Shown: piece by piece, positions 1 through 18,823 of the stretch
Layout: each line of letters starts with the position of its first letter
Numbering within the stretch: position 1 is the first letter of the stretch
Sequence record: MH355584.1
Strand: one strand, 5' to 3'
Length of the DNA: 64,000 nucleotides
Source of the DNA: Escherichia phage vB_EcoM_JB75
The notes under the pieces: model-generated
Seen by the model: only the letters and a program-made list of their open reading frames with translations
What the model was told of the DNA's origin: nothing
The model's database searches: none
Translations under genes and position numbers: made by a program

Positions 1-61
1 CTTCACCTTCCAGTAATGGCTTCCATTTGTTCAAAAGTTCAGCTTTAGTTTTGATAGTCAT
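1..61 (-). CDS. 23: major capsid protein gp23, N-terminal codons only (gene runs off window edge)
   Basis: Reverse complement of 1-61 reads MTIKTKAELLNKWKPLLEGE, the T4-type gp23 N-terminus; lies directly downstream of gene 22. Confidence 0.8.
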   Translation of the reverse strand, partial: MTIKTKAELLNKWKPLLEGE

Positions 62-79
62 TTGTGTTAACCTTTAAAA

Positions 80-889
80 TTAGAAACGAGATGCGACTTT
101 CGCATATACACTTACAATATCTTCTGCACCTTGTGCAGATTTATCTTCTACAGCTTCAGTGACGAAATTCAGTCCGGCTGCTTCAGTATCAGGAGTATTT
201 ATACTCTCAGTAATAGTGCTTTCATCTTTATTAGATTTCTTCACCATTTCTACGATTGCACTCAATTTACTTGAGAATGCATCTGAATAATCCATACCTT
301 CGACCAGAGCAGAGACTTTTTCTTTTTGAGACTCAGTCAGATCTTTAGTACTTTCGCTCAATGCCACTTCACGCTGCACATAATTGATATATGCGTCACG
401 CTTATTGAGTTCTTCGAACAGACGAGCTGATTCTTCTTTATGTTCTTGCAGTTCTTCTTCCATTTCAGCTACAACATCAACTGATTCTTCTGGAACAACA
501 ACGTTGTGTTCAACGAAGAGCTCTTTCAATCCACCAAGCATGGATTCAAACAGTTCGGCTTTGATACCTTTATCTACTGCTAATTTATTTTCAGTGAGCC
601 ATTCTTTTGCAAGATGGTCAAGGAATTTAGAAGCTTGCTCAGCGATTTTCTTCTCAGCTTTTTCTTCTGCTTCTTCTTTATTTTTTTCTACTTCTTCTTC
701 TGCTTTTTCAGCAATTTTAGCGATATGAGATTCAGCTAATTTAACGGCGTGCTGCTTGACGGTAGCTTCGAATACAGTGCCGAAAGTTTCTTTTGCTTCC
801 GGAGAAATATTAACTGATTCGAAAATACTATCAAGAGCAACGGAAGCATCAATTTTTTGCGCTTCAGCAATCAGTTGTTCTTTAAGCAT
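80..889 (-). CDS. 22: prohead core scaffold protein gp22
   Basis: 269 aa acidic, helical, Glu/Lys-rich protein; size and position between 21 and 23 as in T4. Confidence 0.85.
   Translation of the reverse strand: MLKEQLIAEAQKIDASVALDSIFESVNISPEAKETFGTVFEATVKQHAVKLAESHIAKIAEKAEEEVEKNKEEAEEKAEKKIAEQASKFLDHLAKEWLTENKLAVDKGIKAELFESMLGGLKELFVEHNVVVPEESVDVVAEMEEELQEHKEESARLFEELNKRDAYINYVQREVALSESTKDLTESQKEKVSALVEGMDYSDAFSSKLSAIVEMVKKSNKDESTITESINTPDTEAAGLNFVTEAVEDKSAQGAEDIVSVYAKVASRF
196..203 (-). promoter_or_regulatory. possible late promoter TATAAATA inside gene 22, upstream of gene 23
   Basis: Exact motif about 135 nt upstream of gene 23 start; could be chance. Confidence 0.35.
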
Positions 890-916
890 TTTGTAGTCCT
901 GTTGTTTAGATAATAA

Positions 917-924
917 TATTTATA
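917..924 (-). promoter_or_regulatory. late promoter TATAAATA upstream of gene 22
   Basis: Exact motif about 30 nt upstream of gene 22 start, overlapping gene 21 stop. Confidence 0.5.
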
Positions 925-1558
925 ACGCTTTTTTCATGGCCTCTGCGAGAGCCATATAGGCGTCATCGGCACTTGTATCGGCTTCCGCCGTCTGTGATTC
1001 GGTAATTTCCTTAGGAGTTACCCATGCATCTGGAGCACTTGGACCCCATACTGCATCAACACCTACAGTTAATTTGAATCCTTCGTTTACGATACGATAA
1101 CCTTTATTTGTGTCAGTCAATGAACCTAATCCACGAGAAGAAACTCCTGGAATCCATCCGGCACGAATATTAGCTGCTAATTTATCTCCAGGACCGTGGT
1201 CACCTTCAATAACACGAGCTCGTCCGTATACGTCATTTCCTTTCCACCACATATCTTCTATAATGATAGCGGCTTGCATCGGGTCAACATTAGCGCGTGG
1301 AGGATGATTTAATTCTCCGAGAGCTTGTTTAGTTAAAACTTGCTCATTAATATAGTCTTTTACCGCTTTTTCTAATATACGTTTTGGATAAAGACGTTTA
1401 TTTCTATTGACGACTTCCGCTTGCATGAATATTCCTTCGATGTATAAACCCGGTTTTAAACCTAAGTCTTTTCCATCATGAGATTCAAGCATTGGTACGC
1501 CATCAATAATTTCGCCAGGTTGACCCCAAGTTTCAATTAGTAATTGGGGTTCATTCAT
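920..1558 (-). CDS. 21: prohead core protein and maturation protease gp21
   Basis: 212 aa, matches T4 gp21 length and position; shares 1558 with the gene 68 stop. Confidence 0.85.
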   Translation of the reverse strand: MNEPQLLIETWGQPGEIIDGVPMLESHDGKDLGLKPGLYIEGIFMQAEVVNRNKRLYPKRILEKAVKDYINEQVLTKQALGELNHPPRANVDPMQAAIIIEDMWWKGNDVYGRARVIEGDHGPGDKLAANIRAGWIPGVSSRGLGSLTDTNKGYRIVNEGFKLTVGVDAVWGPSAPDAWVTPKEITESQTAEADTSADDAYMALAEAMKKAL

Positions 1559-1983
1559 TAGCTTAATCCTAATGCTTTACGGCGTTTAAGAGCTTTTTTA
1601 CGCTTACGCTGAGCACGAGATTGACCTGCTGGATTGGCAATCTTCGTTTTGGTAGCTTTACGAGCAATTTGTCTACGTTTTGCTTTAGACAACCCGGTAG
1701 TTTGAAATGCATTACGTTCGCGGGTTTTGCGATCTTTAGTGCGAGTAATTTCACCACGGGCAGAAACATGTTTAACGATAAATTCATTTAACGGCATATT
1801 TTCATTAATAGAAGCTAATGCAACCGCTAAATCAGTTTCATCATCAAGCATATTCTCGACAATTGTATTTATATCGTCTTTATTTAAAGCAGAAGACAAT
1901 TCGTCAAAGCGACCCTGTGCTTCAGGAATAAGTGCTTCGACATTCTCGAGAACTAATTCATGAGTTTCAGGGATCAGAAGCAT
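1558..1983 (-). CDS. 68: prohead core protein gp68
   Basis: 141 aa with basic C-terminus; T4 gene order 67-68-21. Confidence 0.8.
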
Positions 1984-2221
1984 TATTCATCATCCTCGTC
2001 TTCGTCAGAGTCTTTGTCTTTTTTGTCGTCTTTATCATCACTATCTTCGTCTTCGTCATCATCCTCGTCATCAGGTTCTTCACCTTCGATTAAGAAATTA
2101 CGAGCGATAGCGATTTTTTCTTCTTTAATTAAATCAGTCGTTCTTGCAGCCATGGCTTCAGCAAATAATTTACGAGCGGCTACGAGGTCGTTTGATTTAA
2201 TAGCTTCAATTAAACCTTCCA

Positions 2222-2222
<1 letters not shown>
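1983..2222 (-). CDS. 67: prohead core protein gp67 (acidic)
   Basis: 79 aa with poly-Asp/Glu tail; T4 position between 20 and 68. Confidence 0.8.
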
Positions 2223-3847
<1,625 letters not shown>

Positions 3848-3879
3848 TTAAGCAGGATGGGGATTTCTCCCCATTCATT

Positions 3880-4371
3880 TTATTCCCAATAATCGAGAGC
3901 AAGAGTTACTTCAAAGGTTTGGATTTCATTGTTTGAATCCCAATCTAATTGAAGTTCACCCACGTTAGTAGGCCACAGACCTTTAATTTCAATTTCTTTT
4001 GTTACTGTTTTAGCATCACGAGCATATTGACGAACAATAGCGCTCTTTTTATACTCTGCAGGTTTTCCACCAGTAATTTCGTTTCCTTGACCAGCAGCAA
4101 TGCTTTGCCAATCAACAAACTTCTGGCGAGCATCATGAGCTTCATCGTTCATTACTGTAACAGTCCAGTCATCGAATGTACGATCGCCTGCTACGTTAAT
4201 TTTACGGTTCATAAATCCGACTGGAATTTTTTCTACAATACCAGCTGGTAAAGCAGTGGCTTTACATTGGAATGTAAAATTTTGTCCAAGATAAGAAATT
4301 TCTACTTGGAATAAGTTAGGTCGAGCAAAATCACCAGATTCAAACGCTCGTGTTACATCATCTACAAACAT
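3880..4371 (-). CDS. 19: tail tube protein gp19
   Basis: 163 aa, T4 gp19 length and position. Confidence 0.9.
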   Translation of the reverse strand: MFVDDVTRAFESGDFARPNLFQVEISYLGQNFTFQCKATALPAGIVEKIPVGFMNRKINVAGDRTFDDWTVTVMNDEAHDARQKFVDWQSIAAGQGNEITGGKPAEYKKSAIVRQYARDAKTVTKEIEIKGLWPTNVGELQLDWDSNNEIQTFEVTLALDYWE

Positions 4372-4385
4372 ATTAGCCTCTGTAG

Positions 4386-4393
4386 TATTTATA
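4386..4393 (-). promoter_or_regulatory. late promoter TATAAATA upstream of gene 19
   Basis: Exact motif about 15-20 nt upstream of gene 19 start; a second copy at 4445-4452. Confidence 0.55.
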
Positions 4394-4453
4394 TCCCTAT
4401 GTTTAACCTAGGGCATATAGAATTAAAGAATTAAGGATATAGTGTATTTATAT

Positions 4454-4471
4454 GGCCTGCCGAAACAGGCC
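4454..4471 (-). terminator. GC hairpin after gene 18 (attenuator/terminator candidate)
   Basis: GGCCTGCCGAAACAGGCC stem-loop between gene 18 stop and the late promoter motifs; no clean U-run. Confidence 0.35.
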
Positions 4472-4487
4472 TTTAGAATGCACCGTA

Positions 4488-6467
4488 TTAACCAGCAAGA
4501 CCAGTTAACTCATCGAAATCTGCACCAGTAGCAGTTGCTACGAAGTTCAAGGTAATGTAGTTAATGCTTCTAGCCGGTTGAATGTAGAATGTTGCAACAA
4601 ACTCATTTCTATCAATTACTGACGGAGTGTTATTTGTTGTATCGCAAACTACACGATATTCATAAATTCCACCGAGAGCTTTAATTCCCTGTAAGTATTG
4701 GGCAGTTTCTGTGCGGAATGATGAACGAGTAAACGCGTTGTTTAATTCGAACAAACGATATTTTGAACTACGTCCGATATTCGTTTTCAACATATTAAAC
4801 AGACGACGAACGTTAATACGATCAAATGGAGAAGGAACAGAAGTAGCTGTTTTATCACCATACAATACGTAACCATCACCACCTGTACCAGTTACTGGGT
4901 TGATAGCTTCTTGATATAAACGGTCGCGCTGAGCTTGGCGAGTTTCAATAGCAAGTTTAATAACGTTAAGAATCTGACCACGATTATAACCAGCTGGAGA
5001 CATCCAAGTCTGAGAAACGTTATCAGTTCTCGCGCATAAACCAGCAATGTCAGCTGCTAATGGAACCCAACGATTTACATCATTATATTTGTCATACTGA
5101 TATTTGTAGTTACCATCAATTGCTGCGTAGGTTGAACTAATATTAAAGTTATTATCAGTATATGAACCTGCCGCAGTTCTCCAGTTAACTAAATTATCTA
5201 CTGCACGAGTTACAGGAATTCCAACCACAGTTTCACGCGGAGGAGAGCACAATACTAAGCAATCTTGGCGAGCATCCCCAATTGAAACGACGTGTTTTTG
5301 GACAGTAGATGCTGTTTCTAAAGATTCACCGGCACAAGAACCCGCAATAAACAGTTGAACATCAACAGATTCACGGTCAGCAAAGAAGTCCCAAGCTTCC
5401 ATTAAATCTCCTGCTGTTACTTCAGCATTTGATGATAATCCACCAGACAGAGTTAAAATTCCAGAGAAGCCTTCTGGCCAGTTTTGTGCAGTTGCAAAAA
5501 TATATTCTGAGCCGCCTTTTGCGAAAAAGTCATCGATATAGATGTTACTATCGTAAATATCTTTTTCACCACGCTTAGTTGAAAGAACAACGCTTTGAAC
5601 AATAGCATCATTGCGACGAACTATAATAGCGTACTGTGAATCAGTTTGCGGTCCATATCCAAACACTGCTTTGGCAGTAGATGCACGAGTACCACCACCT
5701 GGATAAATTGGGAGTAATGCAGAAGCTCCTTTTGCATAGTCAGCTTTAGATACGATTTCAATTTCAATTTTATCGCCTAATTCGCCTGGATAGAGAGCTA
5801 CTACTCCTGGAATTCCATATTTTTCAAGATTTGCCTGAAAATCAACTGCTGTCATAGCAGTTTCAGCGCTCTCGATTTCAGCTAATAAAATACCGGAATC
5901 AGTAATAATTTTTCCAAGAGTTATTACTGCAGCTAAACCGGAAGAAGATGAAGAAATTTCTGCAGTCCAGTTAGAACCTAATGTTGGGTATTCGCCAACT
6001 TCTTTAGCTTTAGCAATAATTTTTGCAGTAGGAATATTAATTTTCTTAATTTTTCCATCAGCATCTACTTCGGTAATTTTACCTTCTGTTTCAACATCTT
6101 CTGAAACATATTTGACCGTGATTTTATCTCCAACCGCGTAGTTACTACCTGGGGTAGAAATTGTGTATTCAATATTACCAGCAATCGGAGATGAGTTTTT
6201 AGCGGTATCTCTATCGACAGCGCGCACAACTCGCAAATCATTTCCATATTGTAAGAAATTCATTGCAGACATAAAATAGTCAGCAGTTTCAGCTGTAGGT
6301 TGACCAAAAGTATTAACTAAATCTACTTCGTTTGTAACCTGTTTAATCTGAAAAGCAGGACCCCACTGGAATTTACCGGCCAAAGCTGCTGTACCAGTAG
6401 AGTTATTAACCACGGTGCTTTGAACCGTAGTTTCTTTGAGCTCAATGCCCGGAGATAATAAAGTCAT
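4488..6467 (-). CDS. 18: tail sheath protein gp18
   Basis: 659 aa, T4 gp18 length and position. Confidence 0.9.
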   Translation of the reverse strand: MTLLSPGIELKETTVQSTVVNNSTGTAALAGKFQWGPAFQIKQVTNEVDLVNTFGQPTAETADYFMSAMNFLQYGNDLRVVRAVDRDTAKNSSPIAGNIEYTISTPGSNYAVGDKITVKYVSEDVETEGKITEVDADGKIKKINIPTAKIIAKAKEVGEYPTLGSNWTAEISSSSSGLAAVITLGKIITDSGILLAEIESAETAMTAVDFQANLEKYGIPGVVALYPGELGDKIEIEIVSKADYAKGASALLPIYPGGGTRASTAKAVFGYGPQTDSQYAIIVRRNDAIVQSVVLSTKRGEKDIYDSNIYIDDFFAKGGSEYIFATAQNWPEGFSGILTLSGGLSSNAEVTAGDLMEAWDFFADRESVDVQLFIAGSCAGESLETASTVQKHVVSIGDARQDCLVLCSPPRETVVGIPVTRAVDNLVNWRTAAGSYTDNNFNISSTYAAIDGNYKYQYDKYNDVNRWVPLAADIAGLCARTDNVSQTWMSPAGYNRGQILNVIKLAIETRQAQRDRLYQEAINPVTGTGGDGYVLYGDKTATSVPSPFDRINVRRLFNMLKTNIGRSSKYRLFELNNAFTRSSFRTETAQYLQGIKALGGIYEYRVVCDTTNNTPSVIDRNEFVATFYIQPARSINYITLNFVATATGADFDELTGLAG

Positions 6468-6495
6468 TTTTAATCCTCTTTAATATGCTTTAATA

Positions 6496-9636
<3,141 letters not shown>

Positions 9637-9677
9637 GATTTCTCCTAATCTGGGCTTTAATTAGTTTATAATATTTA

Positions 9678-11379
<1,702 letters not shown>

Positions 11380-11385
11380 TTAAAA

Positions 11386-11401
11386 TCCTTTGGGGCCTTG
11401 C
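11386..11401 (-). promoter_or_regulatory. GC hairpin between wac and gene 13
   Basis: GGGGCCTTGCGGCCCC immediately upstream of the gene 13 SD; possible expression modulator. Confidence 0.3.
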
Positions 11402-11410
11402 GGCCCCATG

Positions 11411-12877
<1,467 letters not shown>

Positions 12878-14428
12878 TTAGTAATGAACTTTAATAATAT
12901 AGTTTAATGATATATTCCATGGTCTAGTTTCATAACCAATTAATCCTTCACGATTAAGTGTACCATGAGCATCTCTCGGTCCACCTAATTCAAATCCATC
13001 ATTAGTGAAGTATGAAGCATTATCCCAGTCGGAATATTTTCTAGTTCCAAGATATCCTTGATAAACTGACGCGCCAAATGGGCCTTCACTTCTGTTATAT
13101 TCACCCCAACCACCAGCATGTTTATGGTATGACATTTGTTGTGCCTGAACACCACCAACATGCATTCCGTCACATCCTACGCCCAGTCTATCCTTTCCAT
13201 AGCCATCTTGTCCACGTTGATTTAAAATATGACCGCCTGTGCCGGCTCCTCTGACGAAAAGACCCCGCATATCAGGAACGCCAGGATTATTCCAATCGCC
13301 ACCAAATCTTGTTCCAACTACGTTTCTATAATCAGGAAATTGGTCACCTGACACGGTTCCACCATGACACATAATCCAACCTGGAGGTGCTGAATCACCC
13401 GCAAACATCATAATAGTTCCAACCGGAACTCGTTCGGACGCATATCTTTCAGTGGCAACAGGTTGATCGCCATTTTTCCACATTCCACCGCGTGACCAAA
13501 TTCCATTTGCTGTAAGATGGTCTAAATTTAAAGAACCATTAATAGTTTGTCCACCACGAGTATTAATTACATCTGCGTTCCATGCTAATGCTCCAGAGCT
13601 ATCACCTTCAGGGGCAATACCGGCTTGCGTCGTTAATTTAACTACTCCACGCATAGAACCGGTAGCTCCTCGACCATTTAGTGTTTCACCTGTTACTGCA
13701 ACACCACCCAAATTATTATTAATTTCAGTCTGCGTTCCTAGGCGTATAACACCCTTATATTCATGTGTTGCAACAGAATTCATAAAGGTATACGGGGAAA
13801 TTGCATATCCTTCGCGGAGAGTTCCTTGACGAATTTGTGCAACAGTAGATAATTGAACTACTCCTCTCACCGATTCTGTTGCAGTGTCTTCTGAAGGAGC
13901 TATTTGCGAAATTAATTTTATTGCAAGTTTTTGGGTTTTTAGCGGAGTCATCGCAGTAGTATCATCAACTCCAGCCAAAGCTGCAGGTGTAGATGATATT
14001 TTAATAACCCCGTTTGATGACTCAGACGAATATCTATTTTTGAACACATCGTCAGTGTGGTATTTCAGTTTTTGTGGTGTTATTGATGAATTATTATCTG
14101 AGCCTTTTAATGTTTCTTCATTTGTTGAATAACGCGTTAAACCATATTTAGTTTCAGTAGCATTTGGATACAATAATCTTGTTGCTAATGTAGCTGGTGT
14201 AACGATTTTAGAATTATTAGTTCCATCTAAAACCTCTTGTTCTGACGCAATCATTGCTATTCCTTTAACTTCCATAGTTGCATCAGGAATACCATTTACG
14301 CCGATATTACTTATTTTTGATAATGCAGACTGTACTGTCGTAACAGTGCCAGGAAAATTCGATCCTACTGGATCGAATTTAACATATTTTGATTCATTTG
14401 ATACGTGCTGATATGTATTGTTACTCAT
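12878..14428 (-). CDS. 12: short tail fiber protein gp12
   Basis: 516 aa; N-terminus [13 protein letters not shown] as T4 gp12; C-terminal domain differs from the T4 sequence I recall. Confidence 0.85.
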   Translation of the reverse strand: MSNNTYQHVSNESKYVKFDPVGSNFPGTVTTVQSALSKISNIGVNGIPDATMEVKGIAMIASEQEVLDGTNNSKIVTPATLATRLLYPNATETKYGLTRYSTNEETLKGSDNNSSITPQKLKYHTDDVFKNRYSSESSNGVIKISSTPAALAGVDDTTAMTPLKTQKLAIKLISQIAPSEDTATESVRGVVQLSTVAQIRQGTLREGYAISPYTFMNSVATHEYKGVIRLGTQTEINNNLGGVAVTGETLNGRGATGSMRGVVKLTTQAGIAPEGDSSGALAWNADVINTRGGQTINGSLNLDHLTANGIWSRGGMWKNGDQPVATERYASERVPVGTIMMFAGDSAPPGWIMCHGGTVSGDQFPDYRNVVGTRFGGDWNNPGVPDMRGLFVRGAGTGGHILNQRGQDGYGKDRLGVGCDGMHVGGVQAQQMSYHKHAGGWGEYNRSEGPFGASVYQGYLGTRKYSDWDNASYFTNDGFELGGPRDAHGTLNREGLIGYETRPWNISLNYIIKVHY

Positions 14429-15084
14429 GCTACTCTCTCAAAATAATAAAATACTGTAGGTTGTGTGTGACTATCTAGCGTAACAGTTTGCGCACCTAAT
14501 AATTGCCAAGTTCCATACCCAGGTTTAGAAGGAGAAATTATTTCCTGTTTGAAAGTAATTCCTTTATCAGAGTATTGTTCTAAGATATGTTCTTGGTTAT
14601 CTAAATACTTAACTTGTATTTTATTTCCTATGGTAGGATGGTCTTCAAATGAATCAATTGCAATAAATTTTACAACCATTTCCTGTAGAGCTATTCTAAC
14701 GGCACTAGTAAATTCAATTGAAGTCATTCCATTAGTAGCTTTAACTGGAATACCAAACATGTTAACAATAACTGGGTCACCTGATTTGACTGAAGTATCA
14801 GTAACGGTTCCTTCAAATGACCAATAGTCGGTCTGTTGCACGCCAGTAGGAGATACGCCGCTTATATTAACTAATACAGCTCCAACCGGTTGCTCTGCCA
14901 TATTTCTAACGTCATTGATAGCAGATTCTACATTTGAATCATAAAAACCTTTTGATATTTGTGAAATTGTTACAGCGCCTACTGGCTGATTATTCATAAT
15001 CGAAATATCATTTTTCTTAGTTCTAAAACCAAGAAAATCCGCTAAGCGGGAAATAACTCCCGCTTTATTATTAAGTAAACTCAT
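14425..15084 (-). CDS. 11: baseplate wedge / tail pin protein gp11
   Basis: Track ORF is 225 aa from TTG; the internal ATG gives 219 aa starting [10 protein letters not shown] (T4 gp11) and overlaps the gene 10 stop as TAATG. Confidence 0.85.
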   Translation of the reverse strand: MSLLNNKAGVISRLADFLGFRTKKNDISIMNNQPVGAVTISQISKGFYDSNVESAINDVRNMAEQPVGAVLVNISGVSPTGVQQTDYWSFEGTVTDTSVKSGDPVIVNMFGIPVKATNGMTSIEFTSAVRIALQEMVVKFIAIDSFEDHPTIGNKIQVKYLDNQEHILEQYSDKGITFKQEIISPSKPGYGTWQLLGAQTVTLDSHTQPTVFYYFERVA

Positions 15085-16889
15085 TATGCAATCCTTATCC
15101 AACGGTATACAGTAATAGACGGTTGAATATTACTAATATTAGTAGGAGGAGTATGTGAAGAGTTTGTTGTTGCATAGTCTTCACGATATTTTGTATATAT
15201 AGGACCAGTTTCATCTGGGTCATATTGACAACCTCCAATAATAACTGATCCATTTTCATCTTCAATTAAAACTCTTTCGTCAGTTTTAGTCGCAGGAAGA
15301 TTTGCATTTTCAAGCGTTACTGACGTTGTTCCAACTGTTCCACCGGCAGTGTGTGAAGGATTTCCGCTAGAATCTAAATCATTATTGTTTAATGCAAAGT
15401 TTGGATCTGTAACATCATCGTTCCATCCTACTAAAACTTGTCCTTTACCAAATAATTTCCACGAACCAAACCCCATATAAGTCACCGGATTATTTGGGTT
15501 TATAGCATTTTCATAAATTGAACCTACAGGATAAATGCTATCGAAAATAGATGATATTGAATTATACGTTCTAGTATAAGAATCAACTTTTTCAACATTT
15601 GGCCAACCGATTTTATCAAAATCTGTTAAGGCTACATCCCCAGTAACTTCAGTAGATGATCCTTTACTAACATAACGGTCATCAGTTAATTCAATAATGT
15701 CATCTTTTTCTAAAAGAGTTCCTAAATCATTATTAAACCATGTTATAACGATTATATCACCTGATTCAAATTTTCTATCAAATAAAAGACTGACAGGTTT
15801 TCCATCTTCATATTCTATAGAATAATCTGTGTTAGATTCTTTCCATTCACCACCAAGAGATATACATCCTGCTTGCGTATCTGAGTTAGCACCTTCACAC
15901 AAAAACAGAGGATATCCTGCTGTTCCAGCTTGTTGTTGTAAAATTCCATTAAAACGAACTTCAAGAGAATTAGGATTAATAGGTTCTCCAGGAATTAATC
16001 CAAATGCAGAGAATGGAATTGATTTCATTGTTGATAAATCAGTAACGTAAATACTTCCTTCTAAAGAAGTTTTTGACGTTAATTTTGAATCTAATACTTT
16101 TATTTGGCGTCTTGTATATGAACTTCTCCATTGTGATACACCATCCATAAATGTTTCAATTTGAACAGTGTCACCAACATTACAAGGCTGTCTTAATCTA
16201 ATATTAAATCCATCAAGAGGAACCAATTCTCCTTCATTTTCCCCAGGAGATCCAAAGTCACTGTTTTCACTAAATACATCGCCATAATATAATTCATTAC
16301 CGCGGTGTTTTACTCGGATGTTATTAACATTATAGCTAGTTCCGCGGAAAACATCTAAAAAGTCTGTTTGTCCTTGAACTTCGACTAAAAATTCTTTACG
16401 TGCTACATTACTAATATCTGAACTAATAATTTTGTCAATTTGTTTGTTTTTGACATATTCCCAACGTCCTGGAGCACAATAAACGAGCTCTAAATCACTA
16501 AATTGAATATTAATTTCAACTGACGATGACGACCCTTTAATTGTATCCCCAGAAGCAGCTACTAAAGTAACTGGATTAATGTTCCATGTTGCAAATACAT
16601 CCCTAGCTCTAATTACTTTATTATAATCATTAACAGTTCCTTTAGGAAGTTGTAAAGTTACTCTTCCAGAAGAGGTATTAATAGCGTATGATTTTCCCCA
16701 CTTAGCTTTTAATGTTTGACCGGATGAAGCATTATAAGTTTTCCAGGCACCGGCTGAATATGGAACATCTCCATCGCCAAGTTCATAATAAAGTTCATCA
16801 AAGTTTTCATTTATTTTTATACCACCTTTACGCAGGTAGTCACCGGTACCATCATCAACAACATTACCGATATTAATATTTTGTTTCAT
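15084..16889 (-). CDS. 10: baseplate wedge / tail pin protein gp10
   Basis: 601 aa, T4 length and position. Confidence 0.85.
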   Translation of the reverse strand: MKQNINIGNVVDDGTGDYLRKGGIKINENFDELYYELGDGDVPYSAGAWKTYNASSGQTLKAKWGKSYAINTSSGRVTLQLPKGTVNDYNKVIRARDVFATWNINPVTLVAASGDTIKGSSSSVEINIQFSDLELVYCAPGRWEYVKNKQIDKIISSDISNVARKEFLVEVQGQTDFLDVFRGTSYNVNNIRVKHRGNELYYGDVFSENSDFGSPGENEGELVPLDGFNIRLRQPCNVGDTVQIETFMDGVSQWRSSYTRRQIKVLDSKLTSKTSLEGSIYVTDLSTMKSIPFSAFGLIPGEPINPNSLEVRFNGILQQQAGTAGYPLFLCEGANSDTQAGCISLGGEWKESNTDYSIEYEDGKPVSLLFDRKFESGDIIVITWFNNDLGTLLEKDDIIELTDDRYVSKGSSTEVTGDVALTDFDKIGWPNVEKVDSYTRTYNSISSIFDSIYPVGSIYENAINPNNPVTYMGFGSWKLFGKGQVLVGWNDDVTDPNFALNNNDLDSSGNPSHTAGGTVGTTSVTLENANLPATKTDERVLIEDENGSVIIGGCQYDPDETGPIYTKYREDYATTNSSHTPPTNISNIQPSITVYRWIRIA

Positions 16890-17755
16890 TATTGAGCCAC
16901 CCCGATTTTCTGCGTAGCGATAACTTTAACTGCTGCTCTCATACCGACAGTTGAAGAACTTATAGTTGCCGTTACATAATTTTCTTTAATACTAAATGCA
17001 ATATTAGCGATTTCGTCTTCTTCTGTTTCATTTCCAACCCGCATGACAGCATATTCAGAAGAAATGACCGCTGAATTAACAGTATCTACAAGAATATTTA
17101 TTTCTGCCGTTTTAATTTTTCTTCCATCTACTGATTGGCATGTAACTAACAATTTAGCCATGTTATATTCAGTACGATGAAATAGTGGAATATCAACTGA
17201 TCCAGATGTAGAAATATTCCATGTACCTTCAGCCGGTGATTCCTTTTGACCAAACATACTTTCAATAGAATAATTCCAAACCGACGTAGAATTATCAGAT
17301 GAAATACAACGTAAAGTAACTTTACTATATGGACTAGTTACTACTAAATTACCTGAAACGCCTTTAATTGAATCAATAGCCTGAATCGTTAAAGGATTAG
17401 TAACTGATATTGATCCATTAGAGTTAATGAATTCAACACAATCGCCAAGTTCTCCTCTTTCAATAATAACTTTAACACCTACAGTAGAGGTATCAATATC
17501 ATGTCTAGTGCCAACTTTCACTGGAGTTGCGTACTCCGCGATAGAGTGCTTTTGATAATATCCAGTAGCATGGATAATTTGACCATCTGCTCCAGTGCCA
17601 TTTGCTACTGCCATTTTACGCTGATCGCCAAACGCATTATAAATTGCGTTAAAATCACTATTAATTTTATTACCACCGTCGAATAAGATATCACCAGTAG
17701 AAGCGTTACCAATTTCGCCGGTATCAATCAATTTCTTTGGTTCTTGAATGAACAT
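16889..17755 (-). CDS. 9: baseplate wedge protein gp9 (long tail fiber socket)
   Basis: 288 aa, T4 length and position. Confidence 0.85.
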   Translation of the reverse strand: MFIQEPKKLIDTGEIGNASTGDILFDGGNKINSDFNAIYNAFGDQRKMAVANGTGADGQIIHATGYYQKHSIAEYATPVKVGTRHDIDTSTVGVKVIIERGELGDCVEFINSNGSISVTNPLTIQAIDSIKGVSGNLVVTSPYSKVTLRCISSDNSTSVWNYSIESMFGQKESPAEGTWNISTSGSVDIPLFHRTEYNMAKLLVTCQSVDGRKIKTAEINILVDTVNSAVISSEYAVMRVGNETEEDEIANIAFSIKENYVTATISSSTVGMRAAVKVIATQKIGVAQ

Positions 17756-17779
17756 AGCGGTTTCCTTATGAGTTTATAG

Positions 17780-17787
17780 TATTTATA
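17780..17787 (-). promoter_or_regulatory. late promoter TATAAATA upstream of gene 9
   Basis: Exact motif on minus strand between the gene 8 terminator and gene 9 start. Confidence 0.6.
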
Positions 17788-17790
17788 AAG

Positions 17791-17813
17791 AAAAAGGGAG
17801 CCCATGGGCTCCC
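17791..17813 (-). terminator. rho-independent terminator after gene 8 (palindromic)
   Basis: GGGAGCCC-AT-GGGCTCCC palindrome followed on the minus strand by TTTTT; late promoter just downstream. Confidence 0.6.
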
Positions 17814-17818
17814 TTAAT

Positions 17819-18823
17819 TTAAAATGTAAACAGAATATTGATTTCTTCTGTCTGATCCATTGCCATGATAATAGGTGGCCTATTTTCCATATAAATCATT
17901 TCGCCCGAATGCCTCATTAAATCTTCTGGATCATAATAATCCTTTTCAGCTTTAACGTTTGGATCATTTGGATGAACTTTAGCTTCAAGAGGATTCGTGA
18001 TTATTGATATTTGTCTAAATCCTTTATTTCCCGGCAATGCAGCTTCAGGAAAATAAACTGAATCTAAATATGCTTTAAAACGAATTGTATTAGCTTTAAC
18101 ACGATAAATTAACCCAAAATCATCTTGCTGCCAAGTGAGATTATCTTCATACCCCCATCTAGTTGGGTCTTCTTTTAATTCCTCAGGCCAAGGAACTACG
18201 ATATATTCATTTGTGCATCTATTTATAGATACATCGGGCGGAATCTCAAAAAGATATTCCCAAACATATCCGTCTCCAGGTTCGATTGTTCCTTCCGCAT
18301 CTCCTCGACCTTCAGGAGGAGTCATTGACCTAACAGAAGGAGTCCATTTTCCGCCTAATTTGAGGCATTCATCCTTATTAGTTAAAGATGCTATTGAACA
18401 CATTCCGGTATCAGGAACATCTAAACAACGATATACTAACCAGCCTGCGCCTGATTCAGTAGCGTTGTAAGGAGCTGAGTTACACACTACAATATCGTTA
18501 ATTCTAAATGTGTATGGATCCGGATATCTAGTATCTCCCCAATCTCTGCGAGGAATAACAGCATCAAGCATTGATGGAAGAACTTTTACTGTTCCCATCA
18601 TATGCGTCCACATGTCAGTTACGCCTAATACAGAATCGGTTGGATAAGGTGGGGCAAAGCCCACCTCATTTTCATTTGATGACCACGGTTCTGATCTTCC
18701 AAATGTAATAAAGATAGTGTTTTTATCCGGACCACTTCCAATTGAATTATAAAAATTCAACATTTTTTCTGTTCTAAATTTTGAAGTAACTATCGCACGA
18801 TAGATAACACTTGAATCATTCAT
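17819..18823 (-). CDS. 8: baseplate wedge protein gp8
   Basis: 334 aa, T4 length and position. Confidence 0.85.
   Translation of the reverse strand: MNDSSVIYRAIVTSKFRTEKMLNFYNSIGSGPDKNTIFITFGRSEPWSSNENEVGFAPPYPTDSVLGVTDMWTHMMGTVKVLPSMLDAVIPRRDWGDTRYPDPYTFRINDIVVCNSAPYNATESGAGWLVYRCLDVPDTGMCSIASLTNKDECLKLGGKWTPSVRSMTPPEGRGDAEGTIEPGDGYVWEYLFEIPPDVSINRCTNEYIVVPWPEELKEDPTRWGYEDNLTWQQDDFGLIYRVKANTIRFKAYLDSVYFPEAALPGNKGFRQISIITNPLEAKVHPNDPNVKAEKDYYDPEDLMRHSGEMIYMENRPPIIMAMDQTEEINILFTF

Noticed and set aside
384-728. Plus-strand 114-aa Ser-rich ORF inside gene 22
   Set aside because: Antisense to a well-supported structural gene; low-complexity translation typical of the reverse frame of a Glu/Lys-rich gene
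2011-2100. GTCTTCGTC-type tandem DNA repeat
   Set aside because: It is the coding sequence of the poly-Asp/Glu tail of gp67, not an independent repeat element or CRISPR array
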